64,000 nucleotides of DNA. Origin: Octopus vulgaris (Eukaryota). A program made the position numbers and the translations under genes. Below are positions 12,173 through 25,887 of this stretch, in pieces (position 1 is the stretch's first letter; every line of letters begins with the position of its first letter). The notes below the pieces were generated by a model, which did not search any database, was not told the DNA's origin, and was given only the letters and a program-made list of their open reading frames with translations. The stretch is taken from the NCBI GenBank assembly GCA_951406725.2, contig OX597816.1, positions 176,328,001 to 176,392,000 on the forward strand, in the 5' to 3' direction.

Positions 12173-13239
12173 ATAATAATAAGAATAAGAATAGGCAGTG
12201 GCTCTCATGGCTTCTGATCTTAACTGATTGGAAGTGTTATCATGTACATTGTTCTGTCTTGGTATAAAAGATGGGCTACAGCAAATATTCTGCTCAATAC
12301 CACAGATTTGTTTGTCAGTTGCTTGACCATAACCAGTTGAGCATGTTCCTTAGTGGCTGACAATATGTGCATCTCTGATCACAAGCAGGAGTAATAGGGG
12401 AGCATATTAATCATGTGTTAAGAGGAATTCTTTGGGGTTTGAATAATTCAACTCTGGAAACATCCTTAAACAAATCTCATTCAGGGACCTTTTGAGCGGA
12501 ATGATTGACTCAACCTTAAAAAAAATTCTAACTGGGCCAAACCTACAAGGTCTTGCGCTGTTGAATCTTGATATGAGATCACCATGTTGCTCATATATAG
12601 TTGTGATACACGTGCCTAGTGTACCCATATCAGACTGATAGCCATGATAGGTATATTTGGCTTCATATATTTGTACCTCAGTGTCACTATGATGGTATGC
12701 ATTGCCCTCTCACTAAATTATTATAATAATAGATGCACTTTTAGAACTTGAAGTGCCTGTCCACTGAATAACAGCTGTCTCCATATCATGTATAATGTTC
12801 TGTCCAGACTGAAGTGAATGAATACAGATTTGTAGGATCAATAGATTTTTTTAAAAAATCATTGGTGTAACCACATTGCATCATTCCAAGGGACAATACT
12901 TCTTTGGCTAAGCTCATCTCTCGTTTCTGATGGAAAAGAAGATTCAATTCAATATCTCTTGGTCCATAGCAAGGGCTGCTTGGCTGTGTGATGGGAACTT
13001 AAAGTTATGTAATCTTAGTTAAGAAGAGATATTATGTAGTTTACTGTCTACAGAAAAACTGACTAATAAACACTCTGAACTTTGGAGATGGCACTTTAAG
13101 TTTATGGAAACTTTCAAGAAACACAACGTAATGTACGTTCTATAGAATTACTAATTATTTTGATTTGGAACACAATTTGATACGATTTCTAAATGGACTT
13201 GAGTATTACTATATCAGGAGTACATATATTCCAGTGAAT

Positions 13240-13570
13240 ATGCATGGCTCTGTGGTTAGAGCATTGGGTTCACAATCATGAGATAGTGAGTTCAATTGCC
13301 AGGCTGGGCTGTGTTGTGTTCTTGAGCAAGACACTTTATTTCACGTTTCTCCAGTTCACTTAGTTGTAGAAATGGGTTGCAACATCACTGGCACCAAGCT
13401 GTATTGGCCTTTGCTTTTCCCTTGGATAATATCAGTGGCATGGAAAGGGGAGGCTGGTATGCATGGGTGATCACTTGTCTTCCATAAACAACCTTGTCTG
13501 GACTAATGCTTTGGAGGGGAAGTTTCTAGGTGCAGCACCATGATCATTCATGACTGAAGGGGATCTTTTA
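13240..13570 (+). mobile_element. Old tRNA-derived SINE, family E (V/CORE-like central region)
   Basis: Head gcatggctctgtggttagagc...gagttcaattgcc, then ttgtgttcttgagcaagacactttatttcacg...; single copy here, domain assigned from memory. Confidence 0.55.
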
Positions 13571-13634
13571 CATATGTCCCAGCATTATAAGGAATTTAAC
13601 TGGCTAAATGCAAACTTTAATATTTTGTTATCAT

Positions 13635-14033
13635 AGGCGCAGGAGTGGCTGTGTGGTAAGTAGCTTGCTAACCAACCACATGGTTCTGGGTTCAGTCCCA
13701 CTGCGTGGCATCTTGGGCAAGTGTCTTCTGCTATAGCCCCAGGCCGACCAATGCCTTGTGAGTGGATTTGGTAGACGGAAACCGAAAGAAGCCTGTCGTA
13801 TATATGTATATATATATGTATGTGTGTATTTGTGTGTCTGTGTTTGTCCCCCTAGCATTGCTTGACAACCGATGCTGGTGTGTTTATGTCCCCGTCACTT
13901 AACGGTTTGGCAAAAGAGACTGATAGAATAAGTACTGGGCTTACAAAGAATAAGTCCCGGGATCGATTTGCTCGACTAAAGGCGGTGCTCCAGCATGGCC
14001 ACAGTCAAAATGACTGAAACAAGTAAAAGAGTA
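13635..14033 (+). mobile_element. SINE family A copy
   Basis: Full-length match to the family. Confidence 0.9.
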
Positions 14034-14144
14034 ATTAATATATGTATCTGCTGGGGGTACTGTTAAATTTACATTTACTACTGAATATTCTATGAGTTTG
14101 AAAATATGTTGAATTTTAAAAATTCACTAGTCTAATATTCTTTC

Positions 14145-14555
14145 TGCAGAAAAAGGGTTTAACCACCAAGGACATTCATGTTGACATGGTTGCTACATTA
14201 GGGGATGTCGTTGCAGCTTTATTGACAGTGCAAAACTGGGCAGCTGAATTTAAGGAGGGGAACTGAGTCTTCAAGATGACTCAAGGTCTGAATGTCCGCC
14301 AACTGCTGCCACTAAGGAAAACATTGATCATCTTCAGCACATGGTGATGGAAAATAGGTAATTGACTATTAATCAAATAGCCAGTGCTATTAGCATATCT
14401 TACGAGAGAGTTGAGAATATTCTGCATAATGAGCTTGGCATGATGAAGGTTTCTGTTCAGTGAGTGCCATGTCTTCTGAGACTTGATAAAAAATGCACCT
14501 GGCTGATTGCATCACAAGAAAATCTGACATTGTTTGAGGCAGATCTAGCTGGTCC
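14145..14555 (+). mobile_element. Mariner transposase fragment (same family as 29121-30287)
   Basis: Aligns by eye to 29300-29690 (gctacattagggg...tgggcagctgaatttaagg...ggaaaacattgatc...aatctgacattgtttga). Confidence 0.8.
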
Positions 14556-14584
14556 CATACTGTCCATTTCTGATGAAAATTTTC

Positions 14585-15650
14585 AACGCTCATATAAATG
14601 TGGAGTTCTGTCATTCAGTAAAATCAATCAAGTACATATGTAAATAAAGTAAATATGTTAACAAGGGTACTCACACTGCCATTTTCGGCCTACAAAACGA
14701 CAATAGCATGGACGAGGTGTCGCAGTACTTGCCAGGTTGATATATCAGCAGTGGGGAAGCTTTTCGGCGGATATTTGGGTTTCCACTTCACCAAAGGAAC
14801 CTCGCCATCATACAACTAGCGGTTCATTTGGAAAACGGCCAGTGGGCTTACTTTACTGAACAGACTGATGCACAATTGGCGGCCAATCCAAAAGAAACAA
14901 CTTTGACCGGTTTCTTTAGGCTTTACCAACTTGACACATTTGCCAAAACACTTTTATACCCCCAAGTCCCATCCTACTGTGCGTGGTCAAAGAACGCTTG
15001 GATGCGTAGGAAGTCAGGTCAGGATGTTCAAGGACATCCAGGCGTCAAGTTTAACAGTTGTCTGTACCTCCCAACCAGCATGTGCATCTTCACCTGCACC
15101 TTCTCCTCCATGATGTTTTGGGTCCATAAAGCTTTCGACACATAAGAACTGTTGACAGTGAATTATGTGACACTTTCCGGGAAGCCTGCTTCAGGCGTGG
15201 ACTTCACAATGGGGTGCCACTATGGCAGAGGGTGTTTTCTTAAAATTCCCTAAAAGATTAAGATCGCTTTTCGCTATTCTATTCCTATGGTGCGACTTGG
15301 GTGATCCCGCCTCTTTATGTCTGAAGATTTCCTGCGTCAAGCTCAGTTGCTAAATCCATCAATGGAGGTCGGGTACAGTGACCTCATTTACAACAAGGTA
15401 CTGCTTGAAATCGAAGATACTGTTCTCAATATGGGCGGTAGTGCGTTGGCAGTGTATGGCCTACCTTCAAACCGGGAAGGCGCAAACACACTGTCTTCAG
15501 ATTTGCTGCGTGAGACATGTTATAATGTTGATGAGCTTGCCCAGTACATAGCGGAGAATGAGCCAAAGCTCCTTCCACAACAGAAGTTCGCTTACAATTC
15601 TGTCCGGGACAAAGCTGGGGGGATTTTTTTTCCTTGACGCTCCAACATAT
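14585..15650 (+). mobile_element. Helitron RepHel pseudogene fragment
   Basis: HINVEFCHSVKSIKYICK..NKG, DEVSQY..YISSGEAFRRIFGFPLHQR..LAVHLENGQ, TTLTGFF, MSEDF, ending at GGIFF(L)DAP, the start of Pif1 helicase motif I; several frameshifts. Confidence 0.88.
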
Positions 15651-15889
15651 GGTGAGTAGATGCTATTGTTGTATATTTTCAAACTTACCCGTATTTACTT
15701 ATCCATGATTAATCCTCCTCTTTCCTCCATAGGGCATCTATTCTGTTTTCACAGAGCATGAATATCTGAAGATATTTGTGGATTTTCAGGCAGGTGTTTG
15801 ATGTAACAATACTCTCCAGATTACTGCCTTGTCATTTAGCCTATACCTGTGGATAAGCTGAATAGAGTAAACTCTTGGGCTAATACTTG

Positions 15890-16165
15890 AATGTGTGATA
15901 AGAAGCTTGCTTCCCAACTACATGGTTCTTAGTTCAGTCCCACTGTGTGGCACCTTGTGCAAGTGTCTTTTACTATAGTCTCAGGCTGACCAAAGCCTTG
16001 TGAGTGGATTTGGTAGACAGAAACTGAAAGAAGCCTGTCATACATATGTGTATATATTTATGTGTGCATGTCTTTGTATCTGTACTTGTCCCCTCACTAC
16101 TGCTTGACAACCGGTGTTGGTGTGCTTACGTCCCCATATCTTATCAATTCAGCAAAAGAGACTGA
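15890..16165 (+). mobile_element. Older, diverged SINE family A-related copy (partial)
   Basis: Recognisable head and body with many substitutions. Confidence 0.75.
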
Positions 16166-16559
16166 TGCTTATATTCTCTTTTGGAATGGTGAATCTCAAA
16201 ACAGATAATGCTGTGAATAAGTAGATAAATATTTGGTTTCTGATTGTCAGATTTTCATGTGCTTTTAGCTTGCTTTCAGCATATTTTTTGTTTGATCTCA
16301 TCTGCATCAGCAAAGTTTCTTTTTGTTGCATTAAACTTGCTTAGATTCTGTTGTATAGAGTTTACTGTTGAGATGGTGTTAAGTTATTTTAGGTTTTGTC
16401 TTGATTTGGCTGTTTCTGTCTTTTCATGAAACTCTTTGTCTACATTTTGGTTTCAGTGGGATGCTGGACTCAACTACTGCTTTGTGGGCATTTGTGATAT
16501 TGTTGTACATAGTACCTGTAATATGGGCCACAATTGAAGTTTCAGTGGGTAAGAAGACC

Positions 16560-18420
16560 AACTCTGGTTAAAAGCTAAAAGTGCTGCAAAAAAAAAGTGG
16601 ATTTTTGGAAGAAACTTTTCCAGAATGTTTTAGGCTCAGCCCCAGTTATTGATGTCATCCAAATTCAGAAACTCTCAGTAGTAACTGGGGCACTTATGAT
16701 GGAAGAACTGAAACTTGCTATCAAAGAACTTAAGAACAACAAAGCTTTGGGGCTTGATGAGATTCCAACTGATATTCAGAAAGCTGGTTGTTTAGATGAA
16801 TAACTTCTGGACATTTGCATTAGAACATATGAAGGAGATATAGCAACAGTGTGGAGACAGTCAGGGATCTTACCATTTTCAAAGAAAGGTAACCTAGCAC
16901 TTACAGGAAACTATAAAAACATCACATTAAAAGCTGTGGCAGCAAAAATTTACTTCAAAATGCTACTGAATAGAATGTGGTTTTATGTTGATTCTTTTTT
17001 ACACAAACAACAAAATGGATTACAGAAAAGTAGAACAACAAAAGAACAGATATGAGTATTAAGGCTATTCATCAGAGGTGACCAATTGAATAGCTGAGAG
17101 CAGTACTGACATTCTTAAACTTCCAAAAGGCTCTTGATTTGATCCATAAGGGTAAGCTAATGGATAGACTGGTTACCTACAAAATCCCCAGAAAAATGGT
17201 CTCAGCTATTGAAGTGCTCTAGAAAAAATGTCTGTTAAGATACTGTCTCTTGATGGCAACACCGAGTCTTTTGAAATTTTGACAGGAGTACTTCAAGGTG
17301 CCACCTTTGTTTCCCTCCTACTCATAATAGCATTAGACTATGCAATGAAAGAAACAACAAAAGATGATGAATCTATTGGTTTTAGACTACAATAGATATG
17401 TAGCACGAGACATCCTGCAATGCTTCTCACTGATACAAATTATCCATTAATATCTGAAACAAAGAACAAGACCAACTGTTTTTATTGTGAATTGAGTCCT
17501 GTGCCTCATGGATTGGTTTATGTACAAACAAGGACAAAATGAAGTACATGACTTATGACAAGAAGATAGCTACCTATTAATACTGAAGGGACACGAGTTG
17601 GAAAAAGCAGATGATTTTGACTCAGTTCATGAGTGTAAGCTAATGGATTGCCTGTTACTTATAGAATCCCCAGGAAAATGGTCTCTGTTAACCCTTTATC
17701 ATTTAAACCGGCCATATCCGGCCCAAAAGTATTCTGCCTGTTTTATGTTCAAATTAGCCATATCTGGTCTCTCACACCAACCCTACAATATCATCTTAAA
17801 AATTAAGTTACCTCATCAAAATCTCCTAGCTACAAGATAATGCATGATTAGTTCAAAACAATGTGGATGAAAAAGAATTAATTTTGGCAGAATAATGCGA
17901 ACACTAAAGGGTTAAGGTACTGTATCTCACTAGTATCAACCCATGAGTCCAGGTATAAATTTGGATTCATGGATTGATAGAAGTGAGAAGGACTTTAAAA
18001 CTGACATTGCTAAAGCATAATCAGCTCTTTCAAAGACGGACACCATTTGGAAATCAAATCTAAACAGAGAACTAAAGATTAGCTTCTTTTGAGTGACAAT
18101 AGAAACTGTGCTCTTATACAGCTGCAAGGAACAAGAAATAAAATTAGATGGCACATACACAAGGCTGCTGAGAGCAGTACTTAATATTAAATGGCAGTTC
18201 CATACGATAAACTAACTTCTTTATGGTGGTTTTCTGAGTTACTGCCACCATATTGAAAAGAAGACTGAGATTCTGTGGATGCTGTTTTTGTTGCAAGGAT
18301 GAAGTAGTTGGTCAAATGCTGAGGTCCTGTCTCGACATTTATTGCCCAACAGGTTAAAGACTCTGGTCTACTGAAGAGCAACATACTGAGAACAATGCAG
18401 AAGAGGGAATTCTGGCGATA
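16560..18420 (+). mobile_element. Decayed non-LTR (RTE-like) reverse transcriptase remnant
   Basis: AIKELKNNKALGLDEIP (ORF 16597), KKGNL...NYKNITL...QQNG..KSRTT (ORF 16849) and GVLQG at ~17285; many stops. Interrupted by a MITE. Confidence 0.75.
17692..17911. mobile_element. piggyBac-like MITE
   Basis: TTAA|CCCTTTA ... TAAAGGG|TTAA; TSDs at 17688-17691 and 17912-17915. Confidence 0.75.
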
Positions 18421-18981
18421 AAGTGGTCAATGGTAGTTAGGTAAGAAAATATTAGGTTGAAGAATCCTTTGGATAGAAAAAGTCAAAGACCACCTTGTGT
18501 GACTCAAATCCACATCTTCTGTAAACATGACAGATGTTCTACTATTGGACCAAAGCAATCTTTTTAATTTCCTAATCCATTTTAGGAACTTAATTGTTAT
18601 CTGCAAGAAGTGTATTTTATTGACATCATAAGAATTAAGAAATTTTGAGGATATGAAATAATTCTTTTTTTGGAATGATGAATCTCAAAGCAAGGAAGGC
18701 TATTAATAATAGTATGTAAAAATTGAATTAAAAAAACACTTTGGATAGAAAAACTTGAAGATGGCCTATGGGCAGATAGATTTAAGAGACAAATTTCTCT
18801 TTGCCAATGAAACACAAGTGTGAGAATTTTAAATGAAAGCTACTGCAATATATTTTTAAATAAAAATTGGATCCTGTCTGAAGGTGTTTTATATCAGTTC
18901 TAAAGTTTAAGAAATAAGCATAATTTCAAATCAATTTTCCATATTTTGAAATGCATCTCTATTGTTTTCCTTTCTTTTCAG

Positions 18982-19071
18982 GAAGAATTAGATTTAGACA
19001 AGCCTCATCGAGAAGCTTTGTTTAATCTACCCCCTGAGAAAAAGTGGCAGATATACTGCAGTAAAAAATGG
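18982..19071 (+). CDS. DAAM: DAAM-like formin, exon 2 ([30 protein letters not shown])
   Basis: Acceptor tttcttttcag, donor GTAAGT at 19072, 90 nt, phase 0/0. Matches the DAAM GBD motif ELDL...[19 protein letters not shown]. Too short for the ORF track. Confidence 0.95.
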
Positions 19072-19961
19072 GTAAGTATTTATATTTCGGTAACTTGAAT
19101 ATATTTCATTGTTTATATATATCTGGCTGTTGAATTTCATTTTATGTCCAATGTAATTTTGAAAGACATTATCTTCTAAGAGGTTGCTTTCTTGTAATGT
19201 AAATAATATTTCTGTTGGCAATTATTTTTTTCTTGAGATGACAACATTCTGTTGCAGGGTTCAAAACCAGCAACTTTGACGGTGGTGGGAAGTCATTCAC
19301 ATTCACCCCAGTACTTGACTGCTATTTCATCAACCACTAAGAGATGAAAGGCAGAATTGACTTCAATGGCATTTGAATTTAGAATGTAAAAAGCCAGAAG
19401 AAATGCTGGCTAACAATTTGGCCAGCTTGTGGCCTTCTCTATTGGCAATAACAGGATAATTTTCCTTTGTTCTTTTGCTGTTTTAAGTCATTGGATTGTA
19501 GCCATGCTGGTCAACTGCCTTTAAAACTTTTACTCTGTACTTTGTCTGATACTTTATTGACCTTGTAAGGTGGAATGGCAAAGTTTCTGTGTCATTTTTG
19601 TTTGATGCACCGTTTCTGCTGTTGTGCACAACTAGAACTATTGATTGGTCACTGATTATATTGCATCATAAATAATCTTTTAATTCCATTTTACTATAAA
19701 TATATTTTCAGATTGCTATAGAATTTTATTAGATTTACCACTCCATCCACCCCCATTCACCTATATATAATGTGAAGGTAGGAGGGAGATGTAGTCCTGA
19801 GTGTCCCCACTGTGACAGATTATGTGTAATGGGAATATAGGTGAACTGAAAGACAAAAAAAAAAGCAAAAAATAAAATGCAGCCATCAAAAGAATCAGTT
19901 ATAGTATGTCAAAGACAACTTATTGGTAAAGACACAAAATTTATTTTTAAAAAATGGGCAT

Positions 19962-20360
19962 AAGCGCAGGAGTGGCTTTGTGGTAAGTAGCTTGCTTACC
20001 AGCCACATGGTTCTAGGTTCAGTCCCACTGTGTGGCATCTTGGGCAAGTGTCTTCTGCTATAGCCCCGGGCCAACCAATGCCTTGTGAGTGGATTTGGTA
20101 GACAGAAACTGAAAGAAGCCTGTCGTATATATGTATATATATATATATATGTGTGTGTTTGTGTGTCTGTGTTTGTCCCCCTAGCATTGCTTGACAACCG
20201 ATGCTGGTGTGTTTACGTCCCCGTCACTTAGCGGTTCGGCAAAAAGAGACCGATAGAATAAGTACTGGGCTTACAAAGAATAAGTCCCGGGGTCGATTTG
20301 CTCGACTAAAGGCGGTGCTCCAGCATGGCCGCAGTCAAATGACTGAAACAAGTAAAAGAG
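19962..20360 (+). mobile_element. SINE family A copy
   Basis: Full-length match to the family. Confidence 0.9.
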
Positions 20361-21130
20361 AATAGGAGATAACTTCAAAAAGATCAGTTGGCTAAAAATA
20401 TGTTAATATAACCCTAGGACTTATTTTATCAACCTCCTAAGGATGAAGAATGAAGTGAACCTAGATTTCTAACATAGACTTTTAAAGTAGGCTGCAGTTG
20501 ATTGTCTCACGTCTCCAATATATATTTTATTGACCCTGGAAAGATGAAAGGTAAAAATTAACCTGGGTAGGATTTGAACTCAGAACATATTAAAATATAA
20601 TTAATATATATTGTCTGATGCTCTACAGAGGGATTGGTTTGAGTGTATAAATGCACTATAGACATTTAAAAGCTAAAAATACAACTCTAATTTCAGAATG
20701 GTTGAAATATTTTGGAAATTATAGATGCAGACATGGCTGTGTGGTTAAAGACTTTGCTTCCTGACCTCGTACTTTTGGGTTCAGTTTCATTGTATGGCAC
20801 TTATGGCAAGTGTCTACTATTATAGAGATTGAAAGAAGCCCATTGTGTGTGTGTGTGTATGTGTGTCGTTGTTTTGACACACCTTTATGCAAGCACTATT
20901 ATTTGCTTTCTATCTTTAGTGGAAACATGCCCAGGAAATATTATCTTGCTGGGAAGCAGGTGAGGGTTGACACCAGGAAGAGCATCTTGCTATAGAAATT
21001 TGCCTCAACAAATTTTGTAATCTATCAAGTAGGGAAAAGGAGGAGGCATTAAACCAATGATTATGAGGATAACTAAATGGTTATATAGATTGAGAAAGAT
21101 GAACACTTATTTATTGAATTAAATGTTTAT

Positions 21131-21365
21131 GTGGAGGCGCAATGGCCCAGTGGTTAGGGCAGCGGACTCGCGGTCGGAGGATCGCGGTTTCGATTCCCAG
21201 ACCGGGCGTTGTGTGTTTATTGAGCGAAAACACCTAAAAAAAAAAAAGCTCCACGAGGCTCCGGCAGGGGGTGGTGATCCCTGCTGTACTCTTTCACCAC
21301 TCTTTCTCCCACTTTAAATGGCGGTGCCCCAGCATGGCCACAGCTCGTGAGCTGAAACTAGATAA
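21131..21365 (+). mobile_element. SINE family B head with a CR1-type tail (body 3)
   Basis: Head as in 504-892; tail ggcggtgccccagcatggccacagctcgtgagctgaaac at 21320-21358. Confidence 0.85.
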
Positions 21366-21599
21366 AATAAAATTTTTTAAAAAATAAATAAATTATGTAA
21401 TATTTCCAATATCTACTATTGTCACTTATTTACTTTATCTGATGCAATCACACATGACTTAGGCTTTCTAGTATTAAATTCCCCCTTTGGAGACCTTCAG
21501 ATATTTGCTTTTACAGTGAGCAAGACCAGTGACTTCATAAAAACTTCTTTGTTAACAATACTGTCTTGCACACTTTTACTGCAAGCCAACAACATTCAT

Positions 21600-22267
21600 T
21601 AAAAAGCAGATCAAAAAAATTTTCAATTTCTTGCATGATGGCATCGTAGTGAAAAGCACTGAAACTAGTGTTGGTTATTACATCAAACAGAACCGAGAGA
21701 AATGCATTGGAATAAGGCTCTTAAAGACATTAATTGAAATTTTGAAACATATTTTTCTGACATCCATGGTATTCTGCATCAAGAATTTGTCCTTCAGAGT
21801 CAGACTGTCACTTGAGACTTCTACTGCAATGTTTTGAAGTATTTGAAGGAAGATATTTGGTGTAAGCGGCCGGATCTGTGGAGCACAAAAAATTGGATTC
21901 TTCACAATTACTATGCACCCTGTCACTGAGCTCTTGAGTTTCTCACCAAAAACAACATGGTATTGCTTCAACACCCAGCCTATTTGCCAGACTTAGCACC
22001 TGCTGACTTTCATCTCTTTTCCAAGATGAAAATGCAGCTCAAAGGTTGCTGTTTTAACACCGTTGCCAAGATCCAGAGCAAATCACAGAAGGTCCTTGAG
22101 ACTTACTTATGGAAAAGTGATTCCTAAGCAGCAGGAACACTTGGACCAGTGTATTGCTGCACAAGGCGACTGTTTCAAAGGAGATGATGTTAAGACTTAA
22201 GTAAATAAGTTATTTATTATATTTTTTATTAACATAATTAGTCTGGAACCTTTTTGGTACCACCTTG
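21600..22267 (+). mobile_element. Internally deleted mariner element (3' part)
   Basis: WILHNYYAPCH and HPAYLPDLAPADFHLF (decayed HDNA and YSPDLAP motifs); right TIR-like end gtctggaacctttttggtaccaccttg|TA. Left boundary uncertain. Confidence 0.75.
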
Positions 22268-22881
22268 TATCTCTTTTGCCATTGTAGCAGTTGATGACTA
22301 TACTGCTACTTCAGTCACTCTTTATGACACCTTGTTCTGCCCGATTGACTATGCCTGAAAATAGGGCATAACCTAGCAGGCATTTTCAGCTGATAGTCTC
22401 AATTGCTTTAACTAAGTTTCACTCATTAGAAGATAGGAACCAGCTACAGCCAGGGACATGGCCATGGTTGGATTGCAGAAAAAGTGTAGGTAGAAATTTC
22501 CTACAGTGTAAACTATGAACAGATAAGAAGTGTAGTGCAGATGATAAACCTAATAGACAACTGAGGCACAAGAGCAATGAGTGCTAAGAGTACACAGGTA
22601 ACAAACTCGGATTTCAGGAAGGTTTCCCAGAATTAGTTAGTTACCTAAGTGACTTAATTAGCAAGGTTGGGATTAATTCTGAAAGTATAATACCCTGAGT
22701 GAGAAACATTGCAGGCAACAAAGGACTTCTCCCTCAGAGTGAAGTGTAGCTACCTGTGTATGAAATGCAATGTTATATGTTAGTGAGACAGGAGTCTTGA
22801 CTGTAGAGGACTTACAAAAACTAGAAAGAAATGACATTAGCATGCTTCACTAGATATGTAATATTAATTTGCATGAACTAT

Positions 22882-23269
22882 TGTTGTTGTTGGCACTCTG
22901 TTGCTTACGACGACGAGGGTTCCGGTTGATCCGATCAATGGAACAGCCTGCTCGTGAAATTAACGTGCAAGTGGCTGAGCACTCCACAGACACGTGTACC
23001 CTTAATGTAGTTCTCGGGGAGATTCAGCGTGACACAGAGCGTAACAAGGCTGGCCCTTTGAATTACAGGCACAACAGAAACAGGAAGTAAGAGTGAGAGA
23101 AAGTTGTGGTGAAAGAGTACAGCAGGGATCACCGCCATTCCCTGCCGGAGCCTCGTGGAGCTTTTAGGTGTTTTCGCTCAAACACTCACAACGCCCAGTC
23201 TGGGAATCAAAACCATGATCCTATGACTGCGAGTCCATTGCCCTAAGCACTGGGCCATTGCGCCTCCAC
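22882..23269 (-). mobile_element. SINE family B body 1, full length, (CAA)n tail
   Basis: 11-bp TSD gcatgaactat at 22871-22881 and 23270-23280. Confidence 0.92.
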
Positions 23270-23853
23270 GCATGAACTATAGAGCCCAAATGAGAAAAAC
23301 ATGGAGCATAAGAGAAATCGGGTGTAGAGCCTAACAAAGAAGACTGCTTGGACATTTGATGTGTTTGGAGGATGGCTGTTGTATGAAGAAATGCTTAAGT
23401 GGGTGAAACCTGTGGAAGAGAGAGCCCAAGATGAAGTGGTGAAGATTGATATGTTGCACCACATGAAGGGGATGGCAAAATACTGTTGATTGATGACATG
23501 CAGTGTTGAATAAGACTTGACCACCAGTGCAAGCATTGTGAAACATACTTCTAATGAGTGTCGTAATAAAAACTAGAAAGTACAAAATATATTCATTAAA
23601 TTATGAATTAAGAGCAGCTCCAGTAATGCAAACATTATTGGTGGCACATACATAGTGTATGTGTTTTGTTTATACACTAAATCTGCTGCAGGATAGTGTC
23701 CTGGGAAGCTCCCTGTATGAAGAAGAGTGTTAAATACCTGAATATCACAGACCAGGTTAGACTACTCACCTCAAAATCACCAAAAACGGTAGATACCGGT
23801 ATATTGCAATTACTGTGGTTTATCAACACTGTATACTCAGATCATCTTGAAAC

Positions 23854-24347
23854 AAAGTGAATCACTGGTCTGTGACTTATATGCAAATAGAGTGAAGTCT
23901 ATTTGTTAATGTGCTGTGGTGTAGCACATATTATCCTGCAGCAAACTTGGCCTGTACACAAAACACATACATTATGTATCATCATCATCATTTATCGTCC
24001 GTTTTCCATGCTAGCATGGGTTGGATAGTTCAACTGGGGTCTGTGAAGCTGGAAGGCTTCATCAGGCCCAGTCAGATCTGGCACTGTTTCTACGTCTGGA
24101 TGCCCTTCCTAACGCCAACCACTCCATGAGTGTAGTAGATCTGGCAGTGTTTCTACGGCTGGATGCCCTTCCTAACGCCAACCACTCCGTGAGTGTAGTA
24201 GTATGTATGTATGACTGATAATGTTTACATTACTAAAGCTGCTTTTAATTCGTAATTTAATTTTCTTTCACATGTGCCATGCTGCAGCACATCAGCAAAT
24301 AGACTTCAAACTTTTTACATATAAGTCACAAACCAGTGATTCACTTT
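23854..24347. repeat. ~75-bp inverted repeat pair (23854-23929 and 24272-24347) enclosing an RTE-tail insertion at ~23978-24200
   Basis: Left arm aaagtgaatcactggtctgtgacttatatgc... is the reverse complement of right arm ...acatataagtcacaaaccagtgattcacttt, with a few mismatches. Confidence 0.8.
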
Positions 24348-25790
24348 CTAGACAAACAAATTGTAGAACCTCATTGAGCTCATCAAATTGACTCTAGATT
24401 TCCTTTTTGATAGATTCCTGCAACCGATTCCTGCAGCCTTGACACATTGATTCTTCATTGAGATATGCACAGCCTTTATCTCCTTTCATTGATCACAATC
24501 TTCATCCGTAACAAGTGATGGGACTACTACTGAGATGTCCTCCAATATATGCCATTTATCAATCAGGATGAAGTCAATTTCATTTTTGAGTTGAGCATTT
24601 GGGGACTCCCAGCTCTATCTCCTTCCAGGTTGCTTCCTGTATAGGTTGTTCTCAGTGTAAAGACTTCTTGTTTCTGCCATGGTAATCAGATTGACTGTAA
24701 TTGAACATAAACTTTTTCCATTTACATTTTTGTGGAGCTGAGAAGATGAAATACTTATATTCTTTTTCCTTTATTCTTTGCAAACACTCAAGCAAACCTA
24801 TGATAAAAGGCATTCCAGTATCTTGAACAACCTAGTCTTTTTTCAGCTGTAAGATTATATTATCTGGTGAATCTTTCCTTGTTTTCAAAGGCAGTAATAT
24901 ATGATTTGAAAGAGTTCTGACTGCTATTTTTAATAAGTTTGGTAAGTCTTTGGAAACCCCTTGTTGGCTTGTGCTCGTGATGTTTTGATGTTATTCTTGA
25001 CAGTGATGATGTTTCAATTGTTACTGTTATTCTTCATCAAAATGGTTATACTGTTTTGTTTAGCTCCAAGCAAACCATAATTAAGTAGATCTAAAGTCAT
25101 TCCAATCATAACTATTTTCTCTTTTCAGCAATATCTGACCATATTTAAGATGAAAGAACATGACTGAGGGAGATCTGTCTGTGATTTCTTGCAAGTTTAG
25201 TGGCCATGTAGAGGCTCCCTTATTGGCTTATGTTTTGAATTTTAGTTGCTATTGATGGTTTTATAGTAAAAAAACAAAGGAATTTTTGAGCGGCGCTAGT
25301 GAAGTAGTCATTGTATGTCTTGAAGTCAATCCAGGGATCTAATAGCATACATATTCTGATGGGAATACCAATTTTTTTTCATTAGTGTCCTGTGAAAGTG
25401 TTTTACCTCCATGTCAGATAATTAAGCAGATTATAGAACTACTCCTGGATAGGATACCAATATTTCTCAAGCCATATCTTTTTCTGTTTGTGAGATGTTG
25501 CCTTAACATTTAGGTGTACTCCAATGTGCATCAGCATATTGTATATGAAACACTTTGAAAAATACTAGTTAAATATTTTTTGGTGTAATGGAGCTTGGGA
25601 TCATTCTGTCAGTTTCTCACAGAACATATCTTGCTGATAATGTTTAAATGTTGACAGTTTCTCAAAATTTGTTTTGTATTTTCATTTTTCTCCATATTTC
25701 TTTATATGCAGCAAAACATCATTTTTCAGAATATTATGACAACAGATGTCTTCAATTACTTTCATCTTTGCTTTTTATACTTTTGTGTAG

Positions 25791-25859
25791 GATGAAGATA
25801 ATCCGAGTACAGCAACCTGGTCTGACTTTTACATAGAAAGTCTAAAGAAATTATCAACG
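25791..25859 (+). CDS. DAAM: DAAM-like formin, exon 3 (DEDNPSTATWSDFYIESLKKLST)
   Basis: Acceptor ttttgtgtag, donor GTGAGT at 25860, 69 nt, phase 0/0. Corresponds to the DAAM 'WPEFYIDQL' segment. Confidence 0.9.
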
Positions 25860-25887
25860 GTGAGTGTGTATGTGTGTGTGTATATAT

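Noticed and set aside
21131-21210. Functional tRNA genes at SINE heads (also 5359, 13240, 35399 and others)
   Set aside because: A/B-box-like motifs run straight into SINE bodies; no complete cloverleaf with a terminator could be supported.
22270-23560. Possible old LINE endonuclease remnant around the SINE at 22882
   Set aside because: Too decayed to identify a diagnostic motif by eye.
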